The notes beneath the pieces are model-generated. The model was not told the origin of the DNA. It made no database searches and was given only the letters and a program-made list of their open reading frames with translations. This document shows, one piece after another, positions 33,673-45,133 of a stretch of DNA of 64,000 nt. Position numbers and translations under genes: made by a program. Each line of letters begins with the position of its first letter. Position 1 is the first letter of the stretch. Source of the stretch: Meiothermus sp. (GTDB taxonomy: Bacteria > Deinococcota > Deinococci > Deinococcales > Thermaceae); NCBI GenBank assembly GCA_033762915.1, contig JANRLD010000042.1, forward strand, positions 160,001 to 224,000. The letters run 5' to 3'.

Positions 33673-33818
33673 GTGGCTCCATAGCTGGGATGCGAAATGC
33701 CGCCCGGTAGCACGTTGGGGATGCGCCGGTAAGCCACCCGCGTCCCCTGTCGCATGGAGGGTTTCGCAAACTCATCGCGATTCCTTACCTACCTCGCGGC
33801 CGCAGGTACTGAACTCCC

Positions 33819-33888
33819 TACGGCGGTTCCCATCATTACCCCGCACATCCGAGTCTTTGGGTGCGGGGTATTCGTGGGCACCGCTGTC
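33819..33888. repeat. Partial R1-related repeat
   Basis: ACCCCGCACATCCGAGTCT..GTATTCGTGGG.ACCGCTGT nearly matches 45190-45240. Confidence 0.75.
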
Positions 33889-34594
33889 ACACCCTCAGGT
33901 ACGACTCCACGCTGGCGGCGCTGCGCTCGGTGGTCGAGCCCAGATCCACCACCCGGCCCTTCTGCATCACGAAGAAGCGGTCGGCGAAGGCCCAGGCGAA
34001 CTCGAGGTACTGCTCGACCAGCAGCACCGCTACCCCCAGCTCCCGGCGGATGCGGGTAAGGGCAGCCTCGATCTCGAGCACGATGGAGGGCTGGATGCCC
34101 TCGGTGGGCTCGTCGAGGAGCAGCAGGCGGGGCTGAGTGACCAGGGCCCGCCCGATGGCCAGTTGCTGCTGCTGGCCGCCCGAGAGGTTGCCGCCCTTGC
34201 GGTCGCTGAGGTCGTGCAGGATCGGGAACAGCTCGTAGACGTGGGGCGGGATAGCTTTGTGGGCATCTGGCCGCCCGGTCAGGGCCGGCAGGCCCATCAG
34301 CAGGTTCTCGGCGACGGTGAGCTGAGGGAAGATGCCCCGGCCCTGGGGCACGTAGGCCAGCCCCTGGCGGGCCCGGCTGTAGGCGGGGGTGCGGGCGAAC
34401 TCGCGGTTGCCGGCGAAGTGGATACGGCCGCCGGTGACCGGGCGAACCCCCACGATGGTCGACAAGAGGGTGGTCTTGCCCACCCCGTTGCGCCCCAGCA
34501 GGGCCACGGCCTCACCCTGCTTAATGTCCAGGTCCACGTCCCACAGCACTTGGCTCTTGCCGTAGGCGGCGCAGACCTTCTCAAGCTCGAGCAT
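33887..34594 (-). CDS. urtE: Urea ABC transporter ATP-binding protein
   Basis: GRNGVGKT, YVPQGR, LSGGQQQQ, DEPTEGIQPS. Confidence 0.92.
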   Translation of the reverse strand: MLELEKVCAAYGKSQVLWDVDLDIKQGEAVALLGRNGVGKTTLLSTIVGVRPVTGGRIHFAGNREFARTPAYSRARQGLAYVPQGRGIFPQLTVAENLLMGLPALTGRPDAHKAIPPHVYELFPILHDLSDRKGGNLSGGQQQQLAIGRALVTQPRLLLLDEPTEGIQPSIVLEIEAALTRIRRELGVAVLLVEQYLEFAWAFADRFFVMQKGRVVDLGSTTERSAASVESYLRV

Positions 34595-35345
34595 GCCCGT
34601 CCTCCTTGGCCCGGCCCAGGTAGATCTCCACCACGGCCGGGTCGTCGCGCAGCTCCTGCAGGGTGCCCTCCTTGAACAGCCGGCCCATGTGCAGCACGCT
34701 GACCGGGGCCCCTAGCAGCTCCACGAAGTCCATGTCGTGGTCGATCACCAGCACGGTGTGCCGCCCGGCCAGGCGCAGGATTAGTTCAGCGGTCCGGGCG
34801 GTCTCCTGGGCGGTCATGCCGGCGGTGGGCTCGTCCAAGAGCAGCAGCTCGGGGTCGGCCGCCACCACCATCCCGATCTCGAGCCACTGCTTCTCGCCGT
34901 GGGCCAGCTGCGCGGCCGGCATCTGCCGCTTGTGGGCCAGCCCCACCAGCCCCAAGAGTTCTTCCACCCGGCCCGCCTCGGCCCGCCCCAGCCCGGCCCG
35001 CAGGTTGCTCCACCAGCCTTTGTGCTCGCGCACCGCGACCGCCAGGTTGTCGGCCACGCTGAGGTTTTCGAGCACCCCCGGGGTCTGAAATTTGCGGCAG
35101 ATCCCCATCCGTACGATGTGGTGCTCGCTGGCCCGGGTGATGTCCTGGCCCTTGTAGAGCACCCGGCCCTGTGCGGGCCGCACCTTGCCGATCACCGTGT
35201 CGCACAGGGTGGACTTCCCCGCCCCGTTGGGGCCGATCAGCATGCGGATAGCACCCCGCTCTACCTGGAAGCTCAGTCCGTCGATGGCCTTGAAGCCGTC
35301 GAAGCTGACGGTGAGGTCCTCGAGCCGCAGCAGGGGCTCGCTCAT
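34581..35345 (-). CDS. urtD: Urea ABC transporter ATP-binding protein
   Basis: MSEPLL..VSFDGFKA, GPNGAGKS, RKFQTP, HGEKQWLEIGM. Confidence 0.92.
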   Translation of the reverse strand: MSEPLLRLEDLTVSFDGFKAIDGLSFQVERGAIRMLIGPNGAGKSTLCDTVIGKVRPAQGRVLYKGQDITRASEHHIVRMGICRKFQTPGVLENLSVADNLAVAVREHKGWWSNLRAGLGRAEAGRVEELLGLVGLAHKRQMPAAQLAHGEKQWLEIGMVVAADPELLLLDEPTAGMTAQETARTAELILRLAGRHTVLVIDHDMDFVELLGAPVSVLHMGRLFKEGTLQELRDDPAVVEIYLGRAKEDGHARA

Positions 35346-36415
35346 GCCTCGCCCCTTTCGGGCCCTGAGACGCGGGCCGGGGGCGCGGCCCGGCGCGGCA
35401 GCGAGAGGCGCTCGAGCCACGGCTTGACCCAGCCGGCCAGGCCCCGGGGCATGCCCAGCACCACCAGCACGAACAGCAGCCCCATCACGTAGAGCCACAT
35501 CTCGGGATAGGCGCTGGAGACCCGGTCCTTGATCAAGTTGCCGGCCACGATGCCCAGCACCGCCCCGCCCAGGCTCTCCCGCCCGCCCAGCGCCACCCAG
35601 ACCACGAACTCGATGCTGGGGATTACCCCCACCATGGCCGGGCTGATGGTCCCGACGTGCACCGCGAACAGGGCCCCCGAGACCCCCGCCAGCAGCCCTC
35701 CGACCGCGAAGGCCGCGATCTTGTAGGCGGCGGGGTCGTAACCCAGGAAGCGCACCCGGTTCTCGCCGTCGCGGATGGCCACCAGCAGCTTGCCGAAGTG
35801 GCTCTTGAGCAGCAGCTTGACGCCCACGTAGGCCCCAACCACCACCGCCAGCGTGAGCCAGTACAGCCCGTTCACGAAGCCCGGGCCCCGCAGCTCCAGG
35901 CCCAGGAAGGTCTTGTAGTCGGTGATTCCGTTGGTGCCGCTGGTGACGCCCTGGCTGCCGATCAGGAGGGTGGCGAAGGCCAGCACCAGGGCCTGGGTGA
36001 TCAGCGAGACGTAGACCCCGGTGATCCGCCGCCGGAACATCAGCCAGCCCAGCGCGGCCGCGGCCAGGGCGGGCAGCAGCAGCACCGCGGCCAGCGCGAA
36101 GGCTGGGTTGGCGAAGGGGGCCCACCACCAGGGCAGGGCCTCGACCCCGTTGTAGACCATGAAGTCGGGCAGCTCGCCCGCGGGGGTCGAGACCAGCTTG
36201 AGGTGCATGGCCAGGGCGTAGGCGCCCAGCCCGAAGAACAGCCCCTGGCCCAGGCTGAGGATGCCGGTGGTGCCCCAGATCAGCGAGATCCCAATCGCCA
36301 CCACCGCCAGTGCCAGAAAGCGCCCCACCAGGATCAGGTTGTAGCCCGAGAGATAGAAGGGGGCCAGGGCCAGAGCCAGCAGCAGGGCCAGCAGCAGGGC
36401 TCGCTTGGGGGTCAT
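35342..36415 (-). CDS. urtC: Urea ABC transporter permease
   Basis: GILSLGQG.FFGLG.Y..AMHLK, LPDFM, IRDGENRVRFLGY. Confidence 0.92.
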   Translation of the reverse strand: MTPKRALLLALLLALALAPFYLSGYNLILVGRFLALAVVAIGISLIWGTTGILSLGQGLFFGLGAYALAMHLKLVSTPAGELPDFMVYNGVEALPWWWAPFANPAFALAAVLLLPALAAAALGWLMFRRRITGVYVSLITQALVLAFATLLIGSQGVTSGTNGITDYKTFLGLELRGPGFVNGLYWLTLAVVVGAYVGVKLLLKSHFGKLLVAIRDGENRVRFLGYDPAAYKIAAFAVGGLLAGVSGALFAVHVGTISPAMVGVIPSIEFVVWVALGGRESLGGAVLGIVAGNLIKDRVSSAYPEMWLYVMGLLFVLVVLGMPRGLAGWVKPWLERLSLPRRAAPPARVSGPERGEA

Positions 36416-37308
36416 GCGGCCTCCTCGAGGGCCCTCGAGCGTGCACTGATGAAGCCCCGGGGCCGGAACTGCAGGAAGGCCACCACCAGCACCAGCACCA
36501 GCACCTTGGCCAGGCTCACGCTGGTGATGCTCTCGGTGAAGGCCGTGAAGAACCCCAGCGCCGCCGCTGAGAGCGCGGTCCCCGCGATGGAGCCGATGCC
36601 GCCCAAAATCACCACCAGGAAGGCGTTGACGATGTAGCTCTGCCCCACGGTGGGGTTGATGGGGGAGAGCAGGGCCAGCGCCACCCCCGCGATCCCGGCC
36701 AGCCCCGAGCCCAGCGCAAAGACCAGCAGGTCGACCTGCCGGGTGTTCACCCCCAGGGTCTGGGCCACCTCGCGGCCCTGATTAACCGCCCGCACGTGCA
36801 TCCCGAAGCGGGTGCGGGTCAGCAGGTAAGCCAGCCCCCCCAGCACCGCCAGCGCCACCGCGATCACGAACAGCCGGGTGTGGGGGATGGTCAGCCCCCA
36901 CACCTGCAGCGCGCCCGAGAGCCAGGCCGGCGCCGTCACCGGCACCCCGGTGGGGCCGAACAGGCTGCGCCCGGCCTGCTGCAGGATCAGGCTGACCCCC
37001 CAGGTGGCCAGGAGGGTGTCCAGCGGCCGGCCGTAGAGCCGGCGGATCATCGAGACCTCCAGCAGCGCCCCCAGCAGCGCGGTGCCCGCGAAGGCCAGCG
37101 GGAAGGCCAGCAGCAGGTAGGCTGGCCCGGGTACCCACAGGCTCGAGAGGTAGGTCAGGTAGCCCGCCACCATCAGCATCTCGCCGTGGGCCATGTTGAT
37201 GACCCGCATCAGCCCGAAGCTCAGGGCCAGCCCCACCGCCGCCAGCAGCAAGATCGAGGCGATGGAGAAGCCGTTGAATAGTTGTTCGCCGACAAAGACC
37301 GGGTTCAT
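36412..37308 (-). CDS. urtB: Urea ABC transporter permease
   Basis: FGLMRVINMAHGE, RLYGRPLDTLLATWG. Confidence 0.92.
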   Translation of the reverse strand: MNPVFVGEQLFNGFSIASILLLAAVGLALSFGLMRVINMAHGEMLMVAGYLTYLSSLWVPGPAYLLLAFPLAFAGTALLGALLEVSMIRRLYGRPLDTLLATWGVSLILQQAGRSLFGPTGVPVTAPAWLSGALQVWGLTIPHTRLFVIAVALAVLGGLAYLLTRTRFGMHVRAVNQGREVAQTLGVNTRQVDLLVFALGSGLAGIAGVALALLSPINPTVGQSYIVNAFLVVILGGIGSIAGTALSAAALGFFTAFTESITSVSLAKVLVLVLVVAFLQFRPRGFISARSRALEEAA

Positions 37309-37428
37309 GGGGCTCCTGGGGGTCGGGGTCCCGGCGACGGGGCCCACAAAGCGCGGCCCTCCCCCGGCGGTGCGCGGGGGAGAGGCGCGGAGATTAGGGT
37401 TTTGGCTCCAAGCGGTTACGCTCCGCTG

Positions 37429-38607
37429 CTAGGGGCAGGTCTTGCCGGGGAAAGCCAGCTTGTCGTAGGGCTCGGGCTTGACCACGCCCTTGGACTGCCA
37501 GAGGATCTTGAACTGTCCGCCCGCCCCCGACTCACCGATGTAGACGGCCTGGGTGATCGAGCCGTTGGGCTCGACGGTCACGGTGCCCATCGGGGTGTCC
37601 TTGAGGCTGACGCCCACGATGGCCTTGCGCACCGCCACCGGGTCGAAGCTCTTGGCCTTCTCGACGGCGGCCTTCCAGAGGTAGACGTTGATGTAGCCGT
37701 GGATCATGGGGTCGGTGATGACTGCGCCCGCACCGTACTTCTTCTTGTAGGCAGCCACGAACTTCTTGTTGGCGGGGTTGTCGAGGCTCTGGAAGTAATT
37801 CCAGGCCGCGAACTGGCCATTGAGCAGGTCGGTCCCGATGGCCTGGGCCTCCTGCTCGGCGATCGAGAAGGAGACCACCGGGAGCCTCTTGGCGTCGTAT
37901 CCAGCGGCCTTGTACTGCTTGAAGAAGGCCACGTTGGAGTCGCCGTTGAGGGTGTTGATGATCAGCTGCGGGCCAGCGGCCTTGATCTTGGCAATGATCG
38001 AGGCGAACTCGGTGCCGCCTAGGGCCATGTACTCTTCGCCCGCCAGCGTCGCGCCCCTGGCGGTGATGTGCTTCTTGAGGATCAGGTTGGCGGTGCGGGG
38101 GTAGACGTAATCGGAGCCCAGCAGGAAGATCCTCTTGTAGCCCTTCTCGAGCGCCCAGTCCAGCGCCGGCAGGGCCTGCTGGTTGGGTTGGGCTCCGGAG
38201 TAGATGATGTTGGGGCTACACTCGTTGCCCTCGAACTGCACCGGGTAGAACAGCAGGTGTTTGTACTTCTCGAACACCGGCAGCAGGCTCTTGCGGCTGG
38301 CCGAGGTCCAGGCCCCGAACACCGCCGAGACCTTGTCCTGCTGAATCAGCTTCTCGGCCTTCTGGGCGAAGGTCGGCCAGTCGGACGCGCCGTCCTCTTT
38401 GACCACCACCAGCTTGCGGCCCAGCACCCCGCCGGCCGCGTTGATCTCCTCGACGGCCAGCTCGGTGGCGTTGGCCACGGTGATCTCGGAGATGGCCATG
38501 GTGCCGGTGAGCGAGTGTAGCACCCCCACCTTCACGTCCTGGGCCTGGGCCAGCACGCCCAGCAAGGCCCCGCCGACCAACAACACCTTTAACAATGGTT
38601 TCCTCAT
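37429..38607 (-). CDS. urtA: Urea ABC transporter substrate-binding protein
   Basis: LHSLTGTMAISE, DGASDWPTFA, WTSASRK, GSDYVYPR, NTLNGDSN. Confidence 0.95.
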   Translation of the reverse strand: MRKPLLKVLLVGGALLGVLAQAQDVKVGVLHSLTGTMAISEITVANATELAVEEINAAGGVLGRKLVVVKEDGASDWPTFAQKAEKLIQQDKVSAVFGAWTSASRKSLLPVFEKYKHLLFYPVQFEGNECSPNIIYSGAQPNQQALPALDWALEKGYKRIFLLGSDYVYPRTANLILKKHITARGATLAGEEYMALGGTEFASIIAKIKAAGPQLIINTLNGDSNVAFFKQYKAAGYDAKRLPVVSFSIAEQEAQAIGTDLLNGQFAAWNYFQSLDNPANKKFVAAYKKKYGAGAVITDPMIHGYINVYLWKAAVEKAKSFDPVAVRKAIVGVSLKDTPMGTVTVEPNGSITQAVYIGESGAGGQFKILWQSKGVVKPEPYDKLAFPGKTCP

Positions 38608-38903
38608 AAGCAAACCCCCCCTTATCGCCAGATTTTTTGTGGAGTATGAGTGAACATGGACCGTTCACTCATGCGGCAGAGCATACGGCAAGACAGATTT
38701 GGTGTCAAATTACAATGCGGCGTTTGTTCAATTCTAGTCGAGCAAATCGCGCGTAGAGTGAGTTCCTTTGCAAAACGCAAACACAAAACGTGACAATTGC
38801 TCAAAAACAATTTAACATCTTGCATACCGGGGCGGTCGGCTCGAGCCTCTTGGTTTGCTGGGTTCCCCTGATGGTTGATGGTTTGCGCCAAGCGGAGGTG
38901 TGT

Positions 38904-39206
38904 GTGTTCCTTACCGAGCGGGAGAAAGACAAGCTGCTGATCTTCGTGGCCGCCGAGGTGGCCCGCCGGCGCAGGGCCAGGGGCCTGAAGCTCAACCACC
39001 CCGAGGCCGTCGCGCTCATAACCGCAGAGGTGCTCGAGGGCATCCGCGACGGGCGCAGCGTGGCCGACCTGATGAGCTTCGGGGCCACCATCCTGGGCCG
39101 CGAAGATGTGATGGAGGGGGTGCCGGAGATGATCCACGACATCCAGGTCGAGGGCACCTTCCCCGACGGCTCGAAGCTGGTCACCATCCACGACCCGATC
39201 CGCTAA
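38904..39206 (+). CDS. ureA: Urease gamma subunit
   Basis: [37 protein letters not shown] start after GGAGG. Confidence 0.95.
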   Translation: MFLTEREKDKLLIFVAAEVARRRRARGLKLNHPEAVALITAEVLEGIRDGRSVADLMSFGATILGREDVMEGVPEMIHDIQVEGTFPDGSKLVTIHDPIR

Positions 39207-39217
39207 AGGGGGACTCT

Positions 39218-39586
39218 ATGAAACCGGGTGAATATCTCTTATCCGAGGGCGACCTCGAGGCCCACGCGGGCCGCGCGACCGCGCGAATGGTCGTGGCCAA
39301 CACTGCCGACCGCCCCGTGCAGGTGGGCAGCCACTTCCACTTCTTCGAAGTAAACAAGGCCCTGCGCTTCGACCGTGCCGCCGCCTACGGGATGCGGCTG
39401 GAGATTCCGGCCGGCACGGCGGTGCGCTTCGAGCCGGGCGAGGAGAAGGAGGTCGGGCTGGTGGCACTGGGCGGCAGCCGGGTGGTGTTCGGGATGAACG
39501 GGCTGGTCTCGGGCCCGCTGGATGCGCCAGGAGCGCTGGAGCGGGCCCTCGAGCGGGCTCGAGCCGAGGGCTACCTGGGCGCCTAG
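39218..39586 (+). CDS. ureB: Urease beta subunit
   Basis: [31 protein letters not shown]. Confidence 0.95.
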   Translation: MKPGEYLLSEGDLEAHAGRATARMVVANTADRPVQVGSHFHFFEVNKALRFDRAAAYGMRLEIPAGTAVRFEPGEEKEVGLVALGGSRVVFGMNGLVSGPLDAPGALERALERARAEGYLGA

Positions 39587-39629
39587 GGCGGAGGGCTAAC
39601 AGGACGTTTCGCAACACGCAGAGGTGCTT

Positions 39630-41327
39630 ATGAAAATACCGCGCAGAGTCTACGCCGACCTCTACGGCCCCACCGTGGGCGACCGGGTGCGGCTGGCCGA
39701 CACCGGGCTGTTCATCGAGGTCGAGCGGGATTATACCGTCTATGGCGACGAGGTCAAGTTCGGCGGGGGCAAGGTGATCCGCGACGGGCTGGGTCAGTCG
39801 CAGGCTGCCCGCGCCGAGGGGACGCCCGACCTGGTGATCACCAACGCGCTGATCCTCGACCATTGGGGCGTCGTCAAGGCCGACGTGGGGGTGCGCGATG
39901 GGCGCATCGTGGCGGTCGGGAAGGCCGGCAACCCCGGCACCCAGGACGGGGTCACGGCCGGCCTCGAGATCGGGGCCGGCACCGAGGTGGTGGCCGGCGA
40001 GGGGCACATCCTCACCGCCGGCGGCATCGACACCCACATCCACTTCATCGCCCCCCAGCAGGCCTGGGAGGCGCTCTACTCGGGCGTCACCACCATGATC
40101 GGCGGGGGCACCGGCCCCACCGCTGGTACCAGCGCCACCACCTGCACCCCGGGGGCCTGGAACCTGCACCGCATGCTCGAGGCCCTCGAGGGCCTGCCGC
40201 TCAACTTCGGGCTGCTGGGCAAGGGCAACGCCTCGAGGGCCGAGCCGCTGGAGGAGCAGATCCGGGCCGGGGCAGTAGGGCTCAAGCTGCACGAGGACTG
40301 GGGCACCACCCCCAGCGCCATCGACGCCGCCCTGAGCGTGGCTGAAAAGTACGACGTGCAGATCGCCATCCACACCGACACCCTCAACGAGTCTGGCTTC
40401 GTCGAGGACTCCATCCGGGCCATCGCCGGGCGCACCATCCACACCTACCACACCGAGGGCGCCGGCGGCGGGCACGCCCCCGACATCATCCGGGTGGCCG
40501 GGCTGCCCAACGTGCTGCCCTCCTCCACCAACCCCACCATGCCCTTCACCATCAACACCCTCGACGAGCACCTGGACATGCTGATGGTCTGCCACCACCT
40601 GTCCCCGCGCATCCCCGAGGACGTGAGCTTCGCCGAGAGCCGCATTCGCCCCGAGACCATCGCGGCCGAGGACATCCTGCACGACATGGGGGTCTTCAGC
40701 ATGATGTCCAGCGACTCCCAGGCCATGGGGCGGGTCGGCGAGGTGATCCTGCGCACCTGGCAGACCGCCGACAAAATGAAGCGGCAGCGCGGCGACCTGG
40801 GCGGCCCGGCCGACAACCTGCGGGCCCGGCGCTACGTGGCCAAGTACACCATCAACCCCGCCGTCGCCCACGGCATCGCCCACGAGGTGGGGAGCGTCGA
40901 GGTGGGCAAGCTGGCCGACCTGGTGCTGTGGAAGCCGGCCTTCTTCGGGGTCAAGCCCTCGCTGATCCTCAAGGGGGGGCTGGTGGTGGGGAGCACCATG
41001 GGCGACCCCAACGCCTCCATCCCCACCCCCCAGCCGGTCCATTACCGCCCGATGTTTGGGGCCTTCGGGCAGGCTAGCCAGTCGACCTGTCTGCATTTCG
41101 TCTCGCAGGCCTCGCTCGAGCTAGGACACCTGCCCGAGCGCTGCCGGCGGCCCTTCGCGGCCGTGAAGAACACCCGCACCATCGGGAAGAAGGACATGAT
41201 CCTCAACGACGCGCTCCCGGTGATCGAGGTCGACCCCGAGACCTACGCCGTACGGGCCGACGGCGTCGAGCTGCGCTGCGAGCCGGCCGAGGTTTTGCCC
41301 ATGGCCCAGCGCTATTTCTTGTTTTAG
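39630..41327 (+). CDS. ureC: Urease alpha subunit
   Basis: [44 protein letters not shown]. Confidence 0.98.
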   Translation: MKIPRRVYADLYGPTVGDRVRLADTGLFIEVERDYTVYGDEVKFGGGKVIRDGLGQSQAARAEGTPDLVITNALILDHWGVVKADVGVRDGRIVAVGKAGNPGTQDGVTAGLEIGAGTEVVAGEGHILTAGGIDTHIHFIAPQQAWEALYSGVTTMIGGGTGPTAGTSATTCTPGAWNLHRMLEALEGLPLNFGLLGKGNASRAEPLEEQIRAGAVGLKLHEDWGTTPSAIDAALSVAEKYDVQIAIHTDTLNESGFVEDSIRAIAGRTIHTYHTEGAGGGHAPDIIRVAGLPNVLPSSTNPTMPFTINTLDEHLDMLMVCHHLSPRIPEDVSFAESRIRPETIAAEDILHDMGVFSMMSSDSQAMGRVGEVILRTWQTADKMKRQRGDLGGPADNLRARRYVAKYTINPAVAHGIAHEVGSVEVGKLADLVLWKPAFFGVKPSLILKGGLVVGSTMGDPNASIPTPQPVHYRPMFGAFGQASQSTCLHFVSQASLELGHLPERCRRPFAAVKNTRTIGKKDMILNDALPVIEVDPETYAVRADGVELRCEPAEVLPMAQRYFLF

Positions 41328-41484
41328 GGGCTGAATGCAGTGGCCATTGGTTCTTGGAACGGTCGGCTCGCGCAAGGTCGCGCCGGGTCGACCTTGCGCC
41401 CGCGCAAGAGACAAAAACTGCGGCCGACCACGGGCGCAATCCCGGACGGGTCTGCGGGCAGGCAGCACACAGGGAGGTAGGTAG

Positions 41485-41829
41485 ATGCACGAAACCTCGA
41501 TTGCCCTCGAGCTTGTTCGCAGCGCGGGCGAAATTGCTTCGCGCTATGGGGCCTGTCGGGTCTCAAAGGTGGGGGTCCGCATCGGGGTCTTGTCCAGCGT
41601 GGTGCCCGAGGCCCTCGAGTTCGCCTTCCCCGGCGCCGCCCTTGGGACCGCCCTCGAGGGCGCGGTCCTGCAGATCGAGCGGGTGGGGGCGGTGGCGTGC
41701 TGCGCTGAGTGCGGTGAGGTGGAGATTCGGCTCGAGCGCGGCCTGCGCTGCCCCCTTTGCGGCAGACCCACCCCCCGGATCGTGCAGGGCGAGGAGCTCG
41801 AGCTCGACACCCTGGAACTGGAGGAGTAA
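41485..41829 (+). CDS. hypA: Nickel metallochaperone HypA
   Basis: MHE N-terminus, two CxxC, GEEL. Confidence 0.92.
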   Translation: MHETSIALELVRSAGEIASRYGACRVSKVGVRIGVLSSVVPEALEFAFPGAALGTALEGAVLQIERVGAVACCAECGEVEIRLERGLRCPLCGRPTPRIVQGEELELDTLELEE

Positions 41830-42477
41830 ATGGTAAATACCCCGAGAATCGTCAGCGTGCGACAGGGCATCCTCAAGAAGAACGACGAGCTGGCCGCCGA
41901 GAACCGGGCCCGCTTCGCCGCCGCTGGGGTGCGGGTCATCAACCTGGCCAGCAGCCCCGGGGCGGGCAAGACTGCCCTGCTCGAGCGCACCCTGCGCGAT
42001 CTGGAGATCCCCATGGCAGTGGCGGTGGGCGACCTGGCCACCGAGAACGACGCGGCCCGGCTGCGCTCCACCGGCAAACAGGCCGTGCAGATCGTGACCG
42101 GGACGGTCTGCCACCTCGACGCCCAGATGGTGCAGGGCGTGCTGCCGCGGTTCGACCTGGAGCGCCTTGAGGTGCTCTTCCTGGAGAACGTGGGCAACCT
42201 GGTCTGCCCCAGCAGCTACGACCTGGGCGAGAGCGCGCGGGCGGTGCTGCTCTCGGTGACCGAGGGCGAGGACAAGCCGCTCAAGTACCCCACCATGTTC
42301 AACACCGCCGACCTGGTGGTGATCACCAAGGCCGACCTGGCCGAGGCGGTGGGGTTCGACCGCGAGCTGGCCCTGGAGAACATCGACCGGGCCCGACCGG
42401 GCGTCCCGGTGGTCGAGCTCTCGAGCCGGACCGGCACTGGTCTGGAGGCCTGGTACCGCTTCGTGCGTGGAGGTTAG
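41830..42477 (+). CDS. hypB: Nickel insertion GTPase HypB
   Basis: SSPGAGKT, CHLDA, ENVGNLVCP, EGEDKPLKYP. Confidence 0.95.
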   Translation: MVNTPRIVSVRQGILKKNDELAAENRARFAAAGVRVINLASSPGAGKTALLERTLRDLEIPMAVAVGDLATENDAARLRSTGKQAVQIVTGTVCHLDAQMVQGVLPRFDLERLEVLFLENVGNLVCPSSYDLGESARAVLLSVTEGEDKPLKYPTMFNTADLVVITKADLAEAVGFDRELALENIDRARPGVPVVELSSRTGTGLEAWYRFVRGG

Positions 42478-42480
42478 AGT

Positions 42481-42972
42481 TTGAAGCTCACTGGACTCAA
42501 GCAAAGCCTACTGGCCCCCGAGCCTGCCGCTCTCGAGACCGTCTTGTTGCGGGTTGAGGCACTGGCCGCTGAGACGGTGGATGCGCGAGCAATTATTGCG
42601 GTCCCCATGACCTGCGCCGAGCGCCGCCGGGTGCGCCGCCGCCTGATCGCCGCCGACGGACAGGAGTTGGGTCTAGCCCTCCCCACCGGGACGGTGCTCG
42701 AGCCGGGCTCGGTACTGCACATAAGCCCGACCAAAGCCTACGTGGTGGAGGCTGCACCCGAAGAGGTGGTGGTCATCCAGATCGATTCCTGGGGTGATGC
42801 CGCCCGCGTCGCCCACGCCATCGGCAACCTGCACCGCGACATCGACCCCCAGCCCGACGGCCTGCTGGCCCTGTGGGACCCGCCGCTCGAGCTACTGCTG
42901 TTGCGCCTGGGGGCGGCCTTCGAGCGAGACCGGCGGCCCTTCCTGGGCCGCCCCAGTTGGGAGCACCCGTGA
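42481..42972 (+). CDS. ureE: Urease accessory protein UreE (start uncertain)
   Basis: RRRVRRRL..DG.E.GL.LP.G..L, AHAIGNLH; no His-rich tail. Confidence 0.82.
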   Translation: MKLTGLKQSLLAPEPAALETVLLRVEALAAETVDARAIIAVPMTCAERRRVRRRLIAADGQELGLALPTGTVLEPGSVLHISPTKAYVVEAAPEEVVVIQIDSWGDAARVAHAIGNLHRDIDPQPDGLLALWDPPLELLLLRLGAAFERDRRPFLGRPSWEHP

Positions 42973-43622
42973 GCCCGACCTCGAGCCTGCTGCGGCTGTT
43001 CCAGCTCTGTGACAGCGCCTTCCCGACCGGGGCCTACGCCTTCTCCGACGGCCTGGAGACCTACACCCAGGCCGGCCTGGTGGCCACCCCGGCCCAGCTC
43101 TATGAGATCCTGGCCGCGCAACTCGCCCACGGCTGGGGCACCCTGGACCTTCCGGCCTGCGCGCTGGCCTGGTCGGCCTACCCCGAGTCGGGGCGGCTCC
43201 TGGAGCTCGACGAGCACCTCAGTGCCCTGAAGGTCGTGGAGGGCGTGCGGGGCTCGAGCCTGCGTGTGGGGGCCACGCTGGCCCGGACCGCCCGGGCCCT
43301 TTGGCCCGAGCTGGGCGGGCTGCCCTGCCACCAGGCCGCAGTGTTCGGGGCGGTAGCCCGGGCCCTGGAGGTCCCTCGGCGCGAGGCCGTCGCAGGGCTG
43401 GCCTCGAGCTGGCTAACCTCCAAGGTCACCGCCTCGACCCGGCTGTTCCGCCTGGGCGGCCTCGAGGCCCAGCAGGTCCTGGCCGGCCTCCACCCGCTGG
43501 CCGCCGCGGCCGTCGAGCAGGCCCTGGCCGCCAGCCTCGACGACCTGTGCAGCTTCACCCCCGCCCTCGACCTGGCTGCCCGGCGCCAGTCCGAACTTTC
43601 CCTGAGGTTGTTTCAGTCATGA
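42969..43622 (+). CDS. ureF: Urease accessory protein UreF
   Basis: [22 protein letters not shown]-terminal RLFQS. Confidence 0.92.
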   Translation: MSPTSSLLRLFQLCDSAFPTGAYAFSDGLETYTQAGLVATPAQLYEILAAQLAHGWGTLDLPACALAWSAYPESGRLLELDEHLSALKVVEGVRGSSLRVGATLARTARALWPELGGLPCHQAAVFGAVARALEVPRREAVAGLASSWLTSKVTASTRLFRLGGLEAQQVLAGLHPLAAAAVEQALAASLDDLCSFTPALDLAARRQSELSLRLFQS

Positions 43623-44278
43623 CTACGCCCGCGAACAGACCCGTAAAAATCGGCGTCGGCGGCCCGGTTGGCTCGGGCAAGACCGCGCTGCTGGAGCAGC
43701 TGTGCTACCGGCTGCGCGACCGCTACAACCTGGCCGCCATCACCAACGACATCTACACCTACGAGGACCAGCAGATCCTGACCCGGGCGGGGGCCCTCGA
43801 GCCGGGCCGCATCGTGGGGGTGCAGACCGGCGGCTGCCCCCACACCGCCATCCGCGAGGACGCCAGCCTGAACCTCGAGGCGGTCCACGACCTCGAGCGC
43901 AAGTACCCCGGCCTCGAGCTGATTTTCGTGGAGTCGGGTGGCGACAATCTGGCCAGCAGCTTCAGCCCCGAGCTGGTCGATGCCTGGGTCTTTGTGATCG
44001 ACATCGCCGGCGGCGAGAAGGTGCCGCGCAAGGGCGGCCCCGGCATCATGCACTCCGACCTCCTGGTGATTAATAAGCTTGACCTGGCCCCGCTGGTCGG
44101 GGCCAGCCTGGAGGTGATGGACGCCGACGCCCGCCGCATGCGCCCGGGCCGTCCCTACGTCTTCTCCAACCTTAAGGACGGCACCGGCCTGGACCGGATC
44201 ATCGGCTGGCTGCGGCGCGAGGTGCTGCTGGAGGAGCTGCCCCCCGTGGCCTGGGGCCTGCCGCGGACCCCGGCATGA
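43619..44278 (+). CDS. ureG: Urease accessory GTPase UreG
   Basis: [35 protein letters not shown]. Confidence 0.96.
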   Translation: MTTPANRPVKIGVGGPVGSGKTALLEQLCYRLRDRYNLAAITNDIYTYEDQQILTRAGALEPGRIVGVQTGGCPHTAIREDASLNLEAVHDLERKYPGLELIFVESGGDNLASSFSPELVDAWVFVIDIAGGEKVPRKGGPGIMHSDLLVINKLDLAPLVGASLEVMDADARRMRPGRPYVFSNLKDGTGLDRIIGWLRREVLLEELPPVAWGLPRTPA

Positions 44279-45072
44279 GCGCCGCCTTCGCCCGCACCCA
44301 GCGGGGCCTGCTCGAGCTGACCTTCGATGCCCCAGGCGGCCGCACCCGCCTGGCCCGCGACCGCCAGCAGGGCCCGCTCAAGGTGGTGCGCCCCTTCGAG
44401 ACCGACGACGGCGGGCTGCTGCTCTACGTGATCAACCCCACGGCCGGGGTGCTGGGCGGCGACCGCTTCGAGCTGCGCCTGGAACTGGGCCCGGGGGCCA
44501 GGGTGGTGCTGCTGAGCCAGAGCGCCCAGAAGGTTCACCGCATGCACCCCGGGGAGCATGCCGTCCAGCGCCTCGAGGCCCGACTCGCCGCCGGCTCGCG
44601 CCTGGAACTCTACCCCGAGCGGGTGATCCCTTTCGCGGCCTCGAGCTTCGCCCAGGACAGCCGCTTTCTGCTGGAGCCGGGGGCCCAGCTGGGCCTGCTG
44701 GAGTCGTTCGCCAGCGGGCGGGTTGCGCACGGCGAGCACTGGTCGTTCGAGCGTCTAGCCGGCCGGACCGAGGTGCGGCTGGGTGACCGACTGATCTACC
44801 TCGACCGCTTCGACCTGCGGCCGAGCGGTCACGGCCTGGGGCACCTGGGGCTGATGGAGGACGGGCGCTACTGGGCCAGCGGGCTGTTCGTGGGCGAAGG
44901 GGCCCCAGCGCCCCCGCCGCTGTCCCTTCCCTGGGGCCGGACGGCCTCGGGCCACCTCTGGCTGCGCGGCCTCGAGCGGTCCGGTCTGGCCCTAGAAGCT
45001 GCCATGCGGCACAGCGTGGACCAGCTGCGGGGGGCCTTCTTCGGCCTGGGGCCCCTGACGGTTCGGCGCTGA
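44275..45072 (+). CDS. ureD: Urease accessory protein UreD/UreH
   Basis: [31 protein letters not shown]. Confidence 0.9.
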   Translation: MSAAFARTQRGLLELTFDAPGGRTRLARDRQQGPLKVVRPFETDDGGLLLYVINPTAGVLGGDRFELRLELGPGARVVLLSQSAQKVHRMHPGEHAVQRLEARLAAGSRLELYPERVIPFAASSFAQDSRFLLEPGAQLGLLESFASGRVAHGEHWSFERLAGRTEVRLGDRLIYLDRFDLRPSGHGLGHLGLMEDGRYWASGLFVGEGAPAPPPLSLPWGRTASGHLWLRGLERSGLALEAAMRHSVDQLRGAFFGLGPLTVRR

Positions 45073-45133
45073 GGGGCGCGGCGACCTGCTCGGTCTGAAG
45101 GAGAGTGTTGCCGACCTGGCAAGACGCAGCCCA

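Noticed and set aside
34581..36446. 621-aa UrtD fusion in the ORF track
   Set aside because: The upstream part overlaps urtC out of frame; the real start is the ATG at 35345 (MSEPLL).
41485..42477. Hydrogenase maturation cluster
   Set aside because: No hypCDEF or hydrogenase subunits; both genes lie inside the urease operon.
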